A DNA stretch of 64,000 bases from positions 64,001 through 128,000 of the forward strand of contig CAVQGX010000026.1 of the NCBI GenBank assembly GCA_963712115.1, given 5' to 3'. The translations under genes were made by a program, and so were the position numbers. Positions 1-11,046 of this stretch are shown here, piece after piece (the first letter of the stretch is position 1; every line of letters starts with the position of its first letter). The DNA is from an uncultured delta proteobacterium. GTDB taxonomy: Bacteria > Desulfobacterota > Syntrophobacteria > BM002. The notes under the pieces were generated by a model. That model was not told the origin of the DNA. It did not search any database and saw only the letters and a list, made by a program, of their open reading frames with translations.

Positions 1-892
1 TACACCATCTATGCGGGTGCGCAACGAAAGAAGATCCTGCAGGATTTTTAGGAGGACCGCTTGGAAGAAGCGCTAGTCTTCGGAGCAGATCGAGAGGAAA
101 TGGCCAAGTCAGCCGTCTATCAGTTCGTCAGGAAGCCCAGTCTGAGCCTGCAGTTTTACGGAATGAATTGCGACCAATTCCCCGTTGAAAGATAGACGGG
201 TACGGCAGGCTCTGAGTTGGGCCATCGACAAAGAAGAAATCGTTCGTGAGGTGTTCAAAGATCAATTCATTCCTGCGGAAACAATCCTGCCGCCCGGCAT
301 GACCGGCTATACTCCGGAAAACGCCGCCTACGGTTATGATCCTGAAAGGGCCAAAGAACTCCTTGCTGAAGCCGGGTATGGTCCATCACAAGAAAAGCTG
401 TCATTGACTCTCCTGTCTGCTTCGAAATCAAACGTGGCCCAGAAGAGAATTGGCCATGGTAGCAGCGGACTTAGCTGATGTGGGAGTTGAACTTCAAATC
501 CAATACGAAACAGATTGGCCCACCTTTGAAGGCAGCTCTCAGATCAACGGAAAGTTCCAGATTGTATCGGTACTTCTGGTCTGCTGACATTCCGGATCCC
601 GACAATTTTGTCAATGTACTATGCGGCTCAGACTCTCAGTACAACTTCATGCGCTACAACAACCCCAAAGTGGATCGCCTCCTTGCCCAGGCTCTGGCAG
701 AAACCGATATTATCAAACGGGTGAGGCTGTATCGGGAGGCTGAGAGTATGATCTTGGAGGATGCTCCAATGATTCCCTTTATGTATTGGGTCTTCGAGTC
801 CGTTTTTCAACCTTACGTCAAGGGCCTGGAGATTAGTGCTCTAGGACAGCCCATACATTCCTCTGAAAAAGATCTGGCTCGATAAGCACTAG
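1..892 (+). CDS. ABC transporter substrate-binding protein, family 5 (peptide/nickel type); 5'-truncated and broken by several indels and an in-frame TAG
   Basis: Reading across frames gives family-5 SBP motifs (DRRVRQALSWAIDKEEI, YGYDPERAKELLAEAG, WSADIPDPDNF, YNNPKVDRLL, EDAPMIPF). Lesions at 49-51 (TAG), ~181, ~445, ~530-550 and ~848. Confidence 0.8.
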
Positions 893-967
893 TCGTTCTT
901 TTCTACCCCTTCATGTGCGTCATCGCCAGTTCACCGAAGTCTAACGACCATCAACGGACAGCGCTGA

Positions 968-2792
968 ATGTCCTGGTTTGCCCGAAAAATACGTTTGAAG
1001 ACTCGATTCATGGTCGCTATCGGCACAGTTCTTTTTGCGCTAATGGCGATTATTGTTTTGCTGGTGGGGAATCGGTCCACCCGGATCATTAAACAGGAGG
1101 TGGAGGCCCGCGGTCTTGCTGTGGCCCGCAGCATCGCTGCTGTCTCCACTAATGCTCTAGTAACATACAATTACATTACCTTGGAACAGAACGCCGAAAA
1201 GGCCGGCCAGGGCACTGATATTGTCTATGTCATTGTCCTCGATAAAGAGGAGAAAGTAGCTGCATTTAGCGGTCACAGCGGCTGGCAAGGGAATTATTTG
1301 GACGATCCGGTGAACAAAAAAGCTCTGGCTGCCAAGAGGCCGGTTATCCAGTCTGTTTTGTGGGAAGAAACGGGTGAGCGGGTACTGGATATAGGTGTGC
1401 CAGTTTTCATCTCTAGTTCTGACATGAAATGGGGCACCGTTCGAGTGGGACTTTCTCTTGAGCGCATGTATTGGCAAATTAGACGGACCCAATTGGTTCT
1501 GGTGGGAATTGGCACAGTGGCTCTAATATTAGGACTTGCCGGAGCCCATGTCATGGCCAGCCGTATCACCCAACCATTGGGCCAATTAGCCAACGCCACA
1601 ATCGCTGCCGCCGAAGGTGACCTAGATCAGCGGCTAGATATCCACACCAGAGATGAGGTAGAGGATCTTGCCAACAGCTTCAACACCATGATCAGTGAGA
1701 TTTTGGATCAGCGGGTGCAACTGGAGCAGCGTTTCAATGAAATCTTAGAACTCAAAGCCTATAACGATATAGTTTTGGCTTCCATGACCAACGGCTTGAT
1801 AACCCTGGATTTGGGTTCACGGATTGTTAGTGCCAATGGCGCAGCAGAATCCATACTGGGGCTGGAGGGCAGGCACTGGCAGGGGATAAGTTTCCGTGAC
1901 CTGTGGCCTAAAGACAACTCACTAGTTCGATTGCTGCAAAAATGTCTACAAAGTCAGACTCCTTGCCGTAACCAGGAAATCTCATTGGACACGGGCGAGG
2001 GAAAGCAGCGCACCCTCATGGTGAACACCTCTTTCCTAGAAGATGGAAGGGAGGAAACAATGGGGGTGTTAGTAGTGATAAACGACATTACAGAGGTAAA
2101 GGCCCTGGAGGCTCGAATGCGGCAGAGTGACCGACTGGCCGCTCTAGGTACACTTTCAGCCGGACTTGCCCACGAAATCAGAAACCCGCTCTCTGCCATC
2201 AAAACCTTTGTCCAGCTTTTGCCGAGAAAGATCTCAAATCCCGCCTTTTTTGATAAGTTTCAGACCACCGTACCCCGCGAGTTGAACCGGATCAACGATC
2301 TCATAGAGAGCCTACTGGAATTAGCACGACCACCCAAGCTCGAATTTAAGATGACCTCATTTAAGTGGTTGTCTCTCCCAGGTAGAAGATCTCTATCGAG
2401 ATAAGCTTGAGGCAGCCAACATCACCCTTGAAATTAGCCAAGAAGAATCTTTGCCGGAACTCTGGGCCGACAGGGAACACTTGGTACGGGCATTATCCAA
2501 TATCGTGGTAAACGGTCTAGAGGCCATGCCTGAGGGAGGCAACCTCACCGTCACCGCTGAAGAACAGGCAGGAGGGGTGGTACTTCAGTTCACCGACACC
2601 GGTGTAGGCATGGACGAGGCCACCAAAGATAAGATATTCAACCCTTTCTTCACCACCAAAGACACAGGCACAGGGCTTGGCCTGGCCATGACGCACAAGA
2701 TCATCCAGGAGCACGGCGGCGATATTGAGGTTGACAGTTTGGTTGGCAAGGGAACTACCTTTACCTTGAGATTTCCTGGAGTGCAAGGATGA
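968..2792 (+). CDS. Membrane sensor histidine kinase (TM-periplasmic-TM-HAMP-PAS-HisKA-HATPase, NtrB/AtoS-like); frameshifted at ~2360
   Basis: H-box LAHEIRNPL in ORF 968..2404. N, G1, F and G2 boxes (NIVVNGLEAM, DTGVGM, FNPFFTTK, GTGLGL) in ORF 2451..2792. Removing one T near 2360 joins the frames (MTSLSGCLSQVEDLYRDKL). Confidence 0.88.
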
Positions 2793-2932
2793 ACTGTGCC
2801 CACAATAGTGGTGCCACTGTACATGATCATAGGCATGCCACAATTGTCCTGCCCGAATCAATAAAAGGTTAGATACTGCCCATCTCCCATATTTAGAGCC
2901 TTCTTCCTCACCAGCGATTGTGATTCTCGACT

Positions 2933-2949
2933 CTGGCATTATCCTTGCT
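2933..2949 (+). promoter_or_regulatory. Sigma-54 (-24/-12) promoter
   Basis: CTGGCATTATCCTTGCT fits the YTGGCAC-N5-TTGCW consensus with GG-N10-GC spacing, 45 nt upstream of the receiver gene. Confidence 0.7.
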
Positions 2950-2993
2950 GAGTATGAAAGTGAAGCATCCTATTTAGGAAAGGAGGCTGTGAC

Positions 2994-3359
2994 ATGGCAT
3001 ATTTAGATAAAGAAATAGTAGTGGTGGATGACGACCAGGGGATTCTGGAGTCATTTGATGCAATGCTTGGGGATGATTATCCATTGGTGACCTTGGACAA
3101 TGGGTTTGCCGCTATTGAATATGTGAAATCCCACAAACCCAGACTCGTCTTTCTAGACATAAAAATGCCAGGTATGAATGGTATGGAGGTGCTCAAAAAG
3201 TTAAGGCAAGATAAAGTGGAAGTAGCAGTGGTAATGGTTACAGCTACGACCCAAAGCCATTACGAGAGCGAGGCGGAGGAGTTGGGCATAACCGCTTATC
3301 TGCGCAAACCTTTTGAGATTGATGAGGTGGAAGATATCACGAGACGAGTGCTACATTGA
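2994..3359 (+). CDS. Single-domain response regulator (receiver)
   Basis: VVVDDD, FLDIKMPGMNG and LRKPF receiver motifs; AGGAGG RBS. Confidence 0.9.
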   Translation: MAYLDKEIVVVDDDQGILESFDAMLGDDYPLVTLDNGFAAIEYVKSHKPRLVFLDIKMPGMNGMEVLKKLRQDKVEVAVVMVTATTQSHYESEAEELGITAYLRKPFEIDEVEDITRRVLH

Positions 3360-3441
3360 CTATTTAAGATTGGAGATTTAAGATTGCAGATTGCAACTTA
3401 GCGATGATATCTCTTGTTTTCTCGTTCTTGAGGAAAAATCT

Positions 3442-4227
3442 TCAATCTACATTCCGCAATCTCAAATTCTCTTGGCATTCCTCCAGAAAACCCTGCCATT
3501 GTTGAAAATATTTAGAGCCACCCACTACGTAAGTATCGTTGTGCCCCGACTGTGGAACCAAGTAAAATCGTTTTGGGGCCCGTGCAGTCTGATATAGCCG
3601 TTGCGCCATCTCTAGCGGGATAGCTTCGTCGTATTCACCATGTATGAAGAGAAGGGGGGCTTGGATCAGGTCAATTTTGCCTATGTTGTCATAAGCGGAC
3701 TGGCTAAGCTCGGGAGGAATCGCTCCCAAAAAATAGCGCTTTAACATGTCTTGGGAGGAGGTAAAAGCAGCCTCGAGCACCGCGCCAAGACAAGGTTCGC
3801 TACAAGCTAGATCCACGGCCAGGGCCGTACCCAATGAACGACCGAAGAGCAGAATGTCAGTTGGCTCAAGCATACGCTCCCTGACCAGATAGTTCCAAGC
3901 ACCTCTGGCATCGAGGTAAGTGCCAGCCTTGGAAATGTGGCCAGCGCTCAGGCCAAACTCCCGGTAATCAAAGATGAAAATTGAGATATTCAGATAGCGG
4001 TGAAGGAGTGCGAGATTTTCCAATCTGTGGCTTATATTGCCGGCATTGCCATGAAACCACAGGAGGGTAGTGTTTTCCCCAGGATCTGAGGAGGGCACGA
4101 ACCAACCATGTAACCGAATACCGTCTGCAGCTGAGAAAAAGACGTTTTCGTACTCTAGACGAAATTCTTTTGGTGTTCCCTCTAGCTGCCGCATGGGGAA
4201 AAAGATCAAACCTTTTTCAGAGAGCAT
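3442..4227 (-). CDS. Alpha/beta hydrolase (ABHD13/Bem46-like)
   Basis: FHGNAGN, GRSLG nucleophile elbow, IHGEYDE, GHND. Confidence 0.85.
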   Translation of the reverse strand: MLSEKGLIFFPMRQLEGTPKEFRLEYENVFFSAADGIRLHGWFVPSSDPGENTTLLWFHGNAGNISHRLENLALLHRYLNISIFIFDYREFGLSAGHISKAGTYLDARGAWNYLVRERMLEPTDILLFGRSLGTALAVDLACSEPCLGAVLEAAFTSSQDMLKRYFLGAIPPELSQSAYDNIGKIDLIQAPLLFIHGEYDEAIPLEMAQRLYQTARAPKRFYLVPQSGHNDTYVVGGSKYFQQWQGFLEECQENLRLRNVD

Positions 4228-4312
4228 GGCTGATTCCAGTGTCTGGTTACAGGGCAGATTAAAAAACACAGAGAGCACAATTCAGAACAAAGCCGAAATA
4301 AATTCAAGCTGG

Positions 4313-4462
4313 ATGTGAGATGTGAGATCTGAGATGTGAGAATCAAATTCAGGAATTTAGGGATTGAGGAATTCAGGGATTTTTCTAGACCAGGCTCAAT
4401 TCCTTAATCCCTTAATTCGCAATTCCTGAATGTCTACATCACATATCGCACATCCCACATCT
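4313..4462. repeat. Nested palindrome built from tandem 7-mers (TGTGAGA) and 8-mers (TTCAGGRA) and their complements
   Basis: Outer TGTGAGA array pairs with TCACATA/TCGCACA/TCCCACA. Inner TTCAGGAA/TTTAGGGA array pairs with the TTCCTTAA/TCCCTTAA/TTCCTGAA array. Confidence 0.8.
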
Positions 4463-4498
4463 GTTGTTCAGTTTTCCATTTGCAAAAGATTTTTGCCC

Positions 4499-5848
4499 CT
4501 ATGATTGTGGTTCCAGAAGCTTTTTTGTTTTCTCCGCCAACTCCCGGAGCGTTTCGCCACTCATCCAGTAAGGGTGAGCTGTGTCGTCATCCTTAAAGAA
4601 CCAGAGCAGCCCTTTCTCTGTATTTTTCGAGGGAACTTCTGCCAGGAAAAATGTTCCGAGCTTCTTATCTTTTTCAGAATAAAGAACCAAGTCTAACCGT
4701 CTCTCTCCGGTAACCGGATCCACCTCAGGAAGACCGCCGGGTAAGTACTCCAGTTCCTGCATCTTCCAGAGTAGAGAATTGACCTGCCAGTTTTCAGGAT
4801 GTTGCCTGCTGTCGCCTGCCGCCCACTTCCATTTCTCCCCCTGGCGCTCAAGCCGCCCACTATCATCATTCAGTTTCAAACCGACAGCTTTTATTTGGTC
4901 CAAGTCGAAAGCGAGCAGGGTGCGATCCTCAAGGTCGCTGAGACTAACCGGGAGTTGCTCCAGTAACTTCTCGTCCACCAGGGCAACACCTGGCAATTCT
5001 CCTCCTTTGGCATAAATACCCTCTGCCTTTTTACTGTTGCCGAGGAGGAGAGTTTGGCTCTTATCTTTACTGGCGAGGCTGATTCTTATCCTGGCAGGCT
5101 CAAAACCAAGTTGGGGTAAATCGCTTTTTTCGTTGTCCAGAAACCTTTTTGCCCGTAGCCAGATCAAGCGACTGATAAGGCTCTCCACTTTAGAATTTTT
5201 AATGCTGACCTCAGGAAAAGCTGAGAGCTGCCAATTGTCCTTTGTCACTTTTGTCAAAGCAAGTTTTACCTCAGCACGCTCAATCTCAACCCGGTCTATC
5301 TCCTCACTTTTCAGAGAAAAAAATTCTTTACTACGCAAGTCAAAAATCTTCTTGTTCAGCCCTTGCTCCCGGCTGGCAGCGATTAGGACCACGCGATTTG
5401 GTTGGTCGCCGGAGGCGTAATACTGATCGGCCACAACCGCTTTGGCGCCAACACGCAAATGATGCCGGGTGCCATCCGCCAAGAAAGATAGATGGAGCCT
5501 TGGGTTGTCAAGACCATAAGGGTGAAGGTCTTGAGCTTCAGCCTCGACCTCCCGTTCCATCTTAAGAGACTCCAGGCTTGTTAGCAGACTTCCCACGGCG
5601 AATTCATCGGCGGCAGAATTTATCGGTTCAATTATTTGCCATTGGCCTTCTTTATTGAGCGTTATGGGGTTGCCTTGCCCTTTGTCTAATTGGAGAGAGG
5701 TGATTTTAGCTTTTTCCACTTGAAAAAGACGGAGGGCATCTTCTTTCTCTTCGGTGAGAGCATTGCGGCGCACTACCTCGAAGTAGTAAAAGTACCCAGC
5801 AAGCACTGCAAGAACGGCCAAATAGATAAGGGCAGTTCTGGTTTTCAT
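4499..5848 (-). CDS. DUF4340 domain membrane-anchored protein
   Basis: N-terminal TM helix; repeated YGLDNP / DLRSK / DLEDRTLL modules; ATGA overlap with the upstream gene; typical Gld-ABC operon position. Confidence 0.75.
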   Translation of the reverse strand: MKTRTALIYLAVLAVLAGYFYYFEVVRRNALTEEKEDALRLFQVEKAKITSLQLDKGQGNPITLNKEGQWQIIEPINSAADEFAVGSLLTSLESLKMEREVEAEAQDLHPYGLDNPRLHLSFLADGTRHHLRVGAKAVVADQYYASGDQPNRVVLIAASREQGLNKKIFDLRSKEFFSLKSEEIDRVEIERAEVKLALTKVTKDNWQLSAFPEVSIKNSKVESLISRLIWLRAKRFLDNEKSDLPQLGFEPARIRISLASKDKSQTLLLGNSKKAEGIYAKGGELPGVALVDEKLLEQLPVSLSDLEDRTLLAFDLDQIKAVGLKLNDDSGRLERQGEKWKWAAGDSRQHPENWQVNSLLWKMQELEYLPGGLPEVDPVTGERRLDLVLYSEKDKKLGTFFLAEVPSKNTEKGLLWFFKDDDTAHPYWMSGETLRELAEKTKKLLEPQS

Positions 5849-7266
5849 CGGTGTTTTCTCCGCAGCCTGAATACTGTCAGACCGGATACCATAACTACCG
5901 CTGGCATCAAAAGCAGTCCCACCCAAAACAAAAGCTGGCTCTGCGAGCGACTGAGGGTTAGCGGCGTTCCCGAGGTCTTGGGACGTTCAACGGTGATAAG
6001 ATTTTCCTGTTGGGCTAGGTAGTTGATGGAGTTCAGGAAAAAGTCGGAATTCCCCTGCAGACTGAAGTAACTGTTGCTGGCAAAATCGCTGTCACCAAAA
6101 ACCAGTATTTGGGCCTGCCCTCCTGGGCTTTCTCCTCCAGCACCCTTAACAGCCTCTTGCTCATCGCTCTTTTGCCCATCCCCTGAGCTCTTGTTTGAGA
6201 TGGAGGCGACTAGCGCAACATTGATTGGACCCTTTTTGTCTTTGGCCTGGTCGAATTTCGGTGGCTCCGGTTGGCCAAACTGGAACTCGGTTTCAGACCA
6301 ACTATAAGGCGAGGTGGAGGCGAGCTCGGTCATATCGACGGAGGCAGGAATCTCCTTAGCCGAACCAATGGATCTTGCTGTGGGAAAGAAGCAGGCAACG
6401 TTAAAGCCGTCGGTAATCTTGTGGAAACTATACTCGGTGATAACTGGGATGAGATAGCTGGCACCAAAGACCCTACTCATGGTGTCCACAATAATGTCCG
6501 ATGAGATGGCGATCCCGTAGGACCTGAGAAAGTCACCCAGGCCAGCGTCAGAAAAAGGCTCAAGTAACAACATCAAGCTGCCATCTCGTCCGAGATATTG
6601 ACGCAAGGCTTCGAGCTCAGTGGCCATCAAGACCTTTTTGGGATCAGCTACAACCACAAGAGCAGCATCCTCGGGAATCTTGGGGACCTCCAGCAGGTTG
6701 AGCGTTTTCACCTGGAAGTTTTCCTTTTCAATGGCAGCCTTGGCAGTAGAATAACCGTCTTTATCAAAATTGCTAATGTCCCTGTCTCCATGACCAGTGA
6801 GAAAGTAGACGACCCTTTGTTTTTCCTGCGTCAGCTTCAAGATAGCGTTGGTAATAGATTCTTCATCCGCAGTGGTTATGGTTTGTGTCTTGCCGAAGCC
6901 CTCCAAAACCAAGGTTCCGTAGGTGCGAATCATGTAGTGTTTGGCCAGGCTAGGCTCCCGGTCTGGATCGATAAGCTGATAGTTGATCTTTTTGGAGTAA
7001 TATCTATAGGTCTCGAGCAAGTCACGGCTCTGGTCCCTGTTGGGATCAGCTTCCTGGTAAAAGCCTTTGATATTGATGTCGTCATTGAGTGCTTTGACAA
7101 CCTTTTGTGACTGTTCTGAGATGCTATATCGTTTACCTTCAGTAAGATCTAGCCGCAGTGGATGGCGTTGACCGATAAGGGCCGCAAAGGCCAAAATGCC
7201 AACGAAAGCAACAAAACCCAGGGCGGTACTGGACAATAGGGCAAGCTTTCCAGGCTTCTTTGTCAT
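5845..7266 (-). CDS. GldG-family ABC-type transport auxiliary component
   Basis: RLDLTEGKRYSIS, VYFLTGHG and VFGDSDF motifs; TM helices at both ends. Confidence 0.85.
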   Translation of the reverse strand: MTKKPGKLALLSSTALGFVAFVGILAFAALIGQRHPLRLDLTEGKRYSISEQSQKVVKALNDDINIKGFYQEADPNRDQSRDLLETYRYYSKKINYQLIDPDREPSLAKHYMIRTYGTLVLEGFGKTQTITTADEESITNAILKLTQEKQRVVYFLTGHGDRDISNFDKDGYSTAKAAIEKENFQVKTLNLLEVPKIPEDAALVVVADPKKVLMATELEALRQYLGRDGSLMLLLEPFSDAGLGDFLRSYGIAISSDIIVDTMSRVFGASYLIPVITEYSFHKITDGFNVACFFPTARSIGSAKEIPASVDMTELASTSPYSWSETEFQFGQPEPPKFDQAKDKKGPINVALVASISNKSSGDGQKSDEQEAVKGAGGESPGGQAQILVFGDSDFASNSYFSLQGNSDFFLNSINYLAQQENLITVERPKTSGTPLTLSRSQSQLLFWVGLLLMPAVVMVSGLTVFRLRRKHR

Positions 7267-7272
7267 CTCAGA

Positions 7273-8043
7273 CTACCCCCTCCATTGACGAGATTCCAAA
7301 ATCCGCAGCGTAGTAAACAAAAAGAGTAGGATAAAAAGAAAATAAAAGAGCACGTCGCGGGAATCCAGAATTCCTTTGGCAAAATTGTCATAGTGTGTAA
7401 GCAGCGAGAGATATTTTAAAAAGCTCCCCAGGCCGGGGCCTACCAAGGATTCGCTCCAGCCGATGATCCAAAGAAATAATAAGGCCCCGAAGGCAATGGC
7501 TGCAGCGATTATCTGGTTTTCAGTAAGGGATGAGGCAAGAAGGCCCAGGCTGACAAAAGCACTGCTCATCAGAAAGAGGCCGACATAGCAACCCAGGATA
7601 GTCGCCCAAGGGGGATCGGTGAGAATTTCCAACAAGAGCATGGCAGGAAAAGTTCCCAGCAGAAGAAGAAGTAACACTGTAACCCCAGCGGTAAACTTTC
7701 CCAGCACAGCACCTCGGTCAGAGATGGGATAAGTGAATAACAGCTCTGCGGTACCGGTCTTTTTTTCTTCGGCGAAGAGTCTCATGGTTATTAGTGGCAC
7801 CATGAGCAAGAGAATGATGCTAATGCTGCCAAAGAAAGGCTCGAGTACCATGTCCGTAAGGTTGAGCTGCTGGGAAAGGAAGGGATTCGTACCTGCCTGA
7901 AAACTCAGAAGAGAGTAGTAGGCTACCGATGAGTAGAAAAAATAGCCTACCAGGCCCAGAAATATGAAGGCAACCACGTAGAATATGGGTGAGGCAAAGA
8001 GCCTATAAAGCTCCTTGCGATAGACAACAGAAAATCCTTTCAT
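7273..8043 (-). CDS. ABC-2 permease (GldF-like)
   Basis: Multiple TM helices; TMRLFAEEKKTGTAELLFT and LTENQIIAA motifs. Confidence 0.88.
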   Translation of the reverse strand: MKGFSVVYRKELYRLFASPIFYVVAFIFLGLVGYFFYSSVAYYSLLSFQAGTNPFLSQQLNLTDMVLEPFFGSISIILLLMVPLITMRLFAEEKKTGTAELLFTYPISDRGAVLGKFTAGVTVLLLLLLGTFPAMLLLEILTDPPWATILGCYVGLFLMSSAFVSLGLLASSLTENQIIAAAIAFGALLFLWIIGWSESLVGPGLGSFLKYLSLLTHYDNFAKGILDSRDVLFYFLFILLFLFTTLRILESRQWRG

Positions 8044-8984
8044 TCTTGCTCCTCCCCGGGCTCTTCATCAGTCACCAACTGCATGAAAATGTCCTCCAGG
8101 CTCAAGTCCTGCAATTTGAGCTCTCGAAGATGCCAGCCATGTTCCACCACTGTGCGAGCCAACTCAGGGCGCAAGTCTTGCCCCCGCTGGCTCTCTATTA
8201 AATAGGTAGATTCGCTGTTTGCCGGTTTAACTGCCAAAACACCAGCAAGTCCCCCTATTTTCGCCATGACCTCAGACCTAGGCCCCTCAACCTCTAGGTA
8301 AACCTGCAAGTTCCTCTGTAGTTGAGTAGTGAGATTTGCCGGGGTGTCAGTTGCAATTATTTGCCCGTTGTTAATAATCAGGATACGTTGACAAATCTGG
8401 CTTACCTCAGGAAGGATATGGCTACTCAGAATGATGGTGCGTTCAGTGCCCAACTGTTTGATCAGGGCGCGGATTTCAACTATCTGGGTAGGATCCAATC
8501 CTATGGTGGGCTCGTCTAGGATAAGGATCGGCGGATCATTTAACAGCGCTTGGGCAATGCCGATGCGCTGCCGATAGCCTTTAGACAAATGTCCGATAAT
8601 CCGATTCGCTACAGAGGTAATCGCGCATATCTCCATCACCCGGTCGATTTCTTGTCGGATACGGGAGCGGACCACCCCCTTTGCAGTGCCAGCAAATTCA
8701 AGAAAACGGCGGGTTGTCATCTCCGAATAAAGAGGGACGTTTTCAGGAAGATAGCCAATCTTAGCACGCACTTCCAGGGAGTTCTGTTGACAGTCCAGTC
8801 CCGCAACTCGAGCTACTCCCGAGGTGGGTGGCATGAAGCAGGTGAGAATCCTTAGAGTGGTAGTCTTGCCAGCTCCATTGGGGCCAAGGAATCCCACGAT
8901 CTCGCCCTGGTCCACCCTAAAGCTCACCTGCCGCAGAGCGGGAACCGGGCCATAAAACTTGGTGAGATTTTCAACTTCGATCAC
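8040..8984 (-). CDS. ABC transporter ATP-binding protein (GldA-like)
   Basis: GPNGAGKTT, LSKGYRQR and ILDEPT; GGAGG RBS before the GTG at 8984. Confidence 0.92.
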   Translation of the reverse strand: MIEVENLTKFYGPVPALRQVSFRVDQGEIVGFLGPNGAGKTTTLRILTCFMPPTSGVARVAGLDCQQNSLEVRAKIGYLPENVPLYSEMTTRRFLEFAGTAKGVVRSRIRQEIDRVMEICAITSVANRIIGHLSKGYRQRIGIAQALLNDPPILILDEPTIGLDPTQIVEIRALIKQLGTERTIILSSHILPEVSQICQRILIINNGQIIATDTPANLTTQLQRNLQVYLEVEGPRSEVMAKIGGLAGVLAVKPANSESTYLIESQRGQDLRPELARTVVEHGWHLRELKLQDLSLEDIFMQLVTDEEPGEEQE

Positions 8985-9115
8985 TTTATCGAGCCTCCGG
9001 TTCACCCATAGCGCAGAGCGTCTGGTAAACAGTAAACGGTAAACCGATTATGCGCTGACTCCGCAACCCTTCACCGTTTACCATTTACTCTCTTTTCCGC
9101 TATGCGTTTACATAT

Positions 9116-9139
9116 AAAAATGGTGGTCCATAGACCACC
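9116..9139 (-). terminator. Probable intrinsic terminator after dnaJ and the small ORF
   Basis: GGTGGTC-TATG-GACCACC followed by ATTTTT on the minus strand. Confidence 0.6.
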
Positions 9140-9162
9140 GAGTGCAAAGCATTCCAACTTGC

Positions 9163-9372
9163 TCAGGGAACTAGGAGTTGGAATTCTGACTGCTGGGTAA
9201 CCTTTTTGGTGCCCACCGAGCTGCCGCAGTACTGACAAAGGTACTCATGCAGTTCTCCGTCAGGTAGAAACAGAAGTAACCGTTGCCTCACAGGTGTAGC
9301 CTGGCGGCATTTGGCGCAGAACAGAGCAGTGGCCTCGAGTTGGTCAAACTGCTTATGCTGGTGAGCACTCAT
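9163..9372 (-). CDS. Small Zn-ribbon-like protein
   Basis: CAKC...CQYC pairs in 69 aa, directly downstream of dnaJ. Confidence 0.7.
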   Translation of the reverse strand: MSAHQHKQFDQLEATALFCAKCRQATPVRQRLLLFLPDGELHEYLCQYCGSSVGTKKVTQQSEFQLLVP

Positions 9373-9431
9373 AATGAAGAGTTCTCTTTAAACATTCACA
9401 TTTGCATGAGATCTGCAAATATCAGCAATAT

Positions 9432-10562
9432 CTAATGTTTGCTCTTGGAATGCTTGTTCTTATGCCCCCGGCCCCAGAATTTAAAAAGCTTCTCAGAGGA
9501 TTTCTTGCTCTTTTCAATCTCGGCAAATTCCCGCAAAATTTCTTTCTGCCGTTTGTTGAGGTTCACAGGTGTTTTCACCTGGATATCGATAAGCAAATCT
9601 CCCCGGGCCGACCCTCGCAGACTGGGCACTCCCTCTCCCCTCAACCGAATGACATCGCCACTTTGAGTGCCTGGTGGAATCTTCACGCTCCGGGTAGAGT
9701 CTAGAGTTTGGATTTCGATAGTTTCTCCAACTGCGGCCTGCAACATGGAGATAGGGATATGGCAATAAAGGTTGTAGCCTTCTCGCTCAAAAAACTCGTG
9801 TGGGTCTACATGTAAGCGCACGTAAAGGTCTCCAGGGGGGCCGCCTAAGTAACCGCTCTCGCCTTGGTTAGGAATACGGAGACGCACGCCAGTATCCACG
9901 CCAGCCGGGACCTTAACCAATACTTTCTGGTTAATTTTTTGTCGTCCGGTACCATTGCATGGTTGGCAAGGGTTGGTAATAATTTGTCCCTGGCCTCCGC
10001 ACCGGTGGCAAGTCGTGCTAATTCGAAAGAATCCCTGAGACTGCAAAATCTGGCCCTGGCCGTGGCATATAGGGCAACTCTCTTCCTCCGTACCTGCTTC
10101 CCGGCCCGTTCCCTCACAAGATTCGCAGGTTGCACTGTTGGGTATCTCTATTTCCTTCTCAGTTCCAAAAACAGCCTCATCGAATTCGAGCCGCATATCA
10201 TACAGGAGATCTGCACCTGGTCTGGCCGAAGTTCTTGAACCTCTCCTGCGGTTTCCAAAACCAAAAAAATCCTCAAATATGTCACCAAAGGCAGAAAAAA
10301 TATCGTCGAAACCACCAAACCCGGCGAACCCTGTACCTTCCAGGCCAGCGTGGCCGAACTGATCGTAGATGTCGCGCTTCTGCGAGTCCCGCAGGACTTC
10401 ATAAGCCTCAGCCGCCTCTTTAAAATTCTCTTCGGCTTCTTTATCACCTGGATTCCGATCCGGGTGAAACTTGAGCGCCAGCTGACGATAAGTTTTTTTT
10501 ATCTCCTCTTGAGAGGCTTTGGTATCGACACCTAAAACCTCATAGTAGTCTCGCTTAGCCAT
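9432..10562 (-). CDS. dnaJ: Chaperone DnaJ
   Basis: J-domain HPD, G/F region and four CxxCxGxG repeats. Confidence 0.98.
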   Translation of the reverse strand: MAKRDYYEVLGVDTKASQEEIKKTYRQLALKFHPDRNPGDKEAEENFKEAAEAYEVLRDSQKRDIYDQFGHAGLEGTGFAGFGGFDDIFSAFGDIFEDFFGFGNRRRGSRTSARPGADLLYDMRLEFDEAVFGTEKEIEIPNSATCESCEGTGREAGTEEESCPICHGQGQILQSQGFFRISTTCHRCGGQGQIITNPCQPCNGTGRQKINQKVLVKVPAGVDTGVRLRIPNQGESGYLGGPPGDLYVRLHVDPHEFFEREGYNLYCHIPISMLQAAVGETIEIQTLDSTRSVKIPPGTQSGDVIRLRGEGVPSLRGSARGDLLIDIQVKTPVNLNKRQKEILREFAEIEKSKKSSEKLFKFWGRGHKNKHSKSKH

Positions 10563-11046
10563 CGAACAATATCTTTCCAGTAAGTTTTTACCTTAAATCA
10601 GGCGGCTGAAAACTTTGTGGAACCGTTTAAACAATAAAAAACACGCAACTAAATTGATTCTCCTGTCCTAGACTGACTGGAAGAAGGACTTATTCTTTAC
10701 GATCTTCTATAATCATCACGCCTATATTTGTCAATTTTATAGCTAACCTAGAGCGGATTGCTCGTGTTTTTAATTGGTTGCATGAGCAAGCCGGGCTACT
10801 AGCCATTGATGCCATGGCTTCACTTAGACAGGAGGAACTCCTCCTGGCCAATCCAACCCTTTTATTATGCTATCCAAGCAAATTCCGGAAGAACAAGAAA
10901 ACAAGTTCTTATTCTTTCGGGCTACATATGAGGGAGCATAATGCTTCAATAACCATGCCGGCTAGGAGATAATGCTACAGGCTCTGATAAAAGGGGGGGA
11001 TTTGTTGGTTAGATGTGGTCCGATTCTAATTCATTGGGGTTCCCAG

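Noticed and set aside
49-51. In-frame TAG as pyrrolysine
   Set aside because: It lies in an error-rich stretch of a binding protein, with no pyl or methylamine methyltransferase context.
1-2404. Multiple frameshifts in the SBP and kinase genes as programmed frameshifting or true pseudogenes
   Set aside because: The lesions are mostly single-base insertions clustered in the first 2.4 kb, with none seen in the remaining ~61 kb. This pattern fits low-coverage sequencing error. Read mapping would decide.
10563-11046. ORF 10778..10972 or an ncRNA upstream of dnaJ
   Set aside because: No RBS, motif or recognisable RNA structure. Only a weak promoter-like TTGACA near 10730 on the minus strand.
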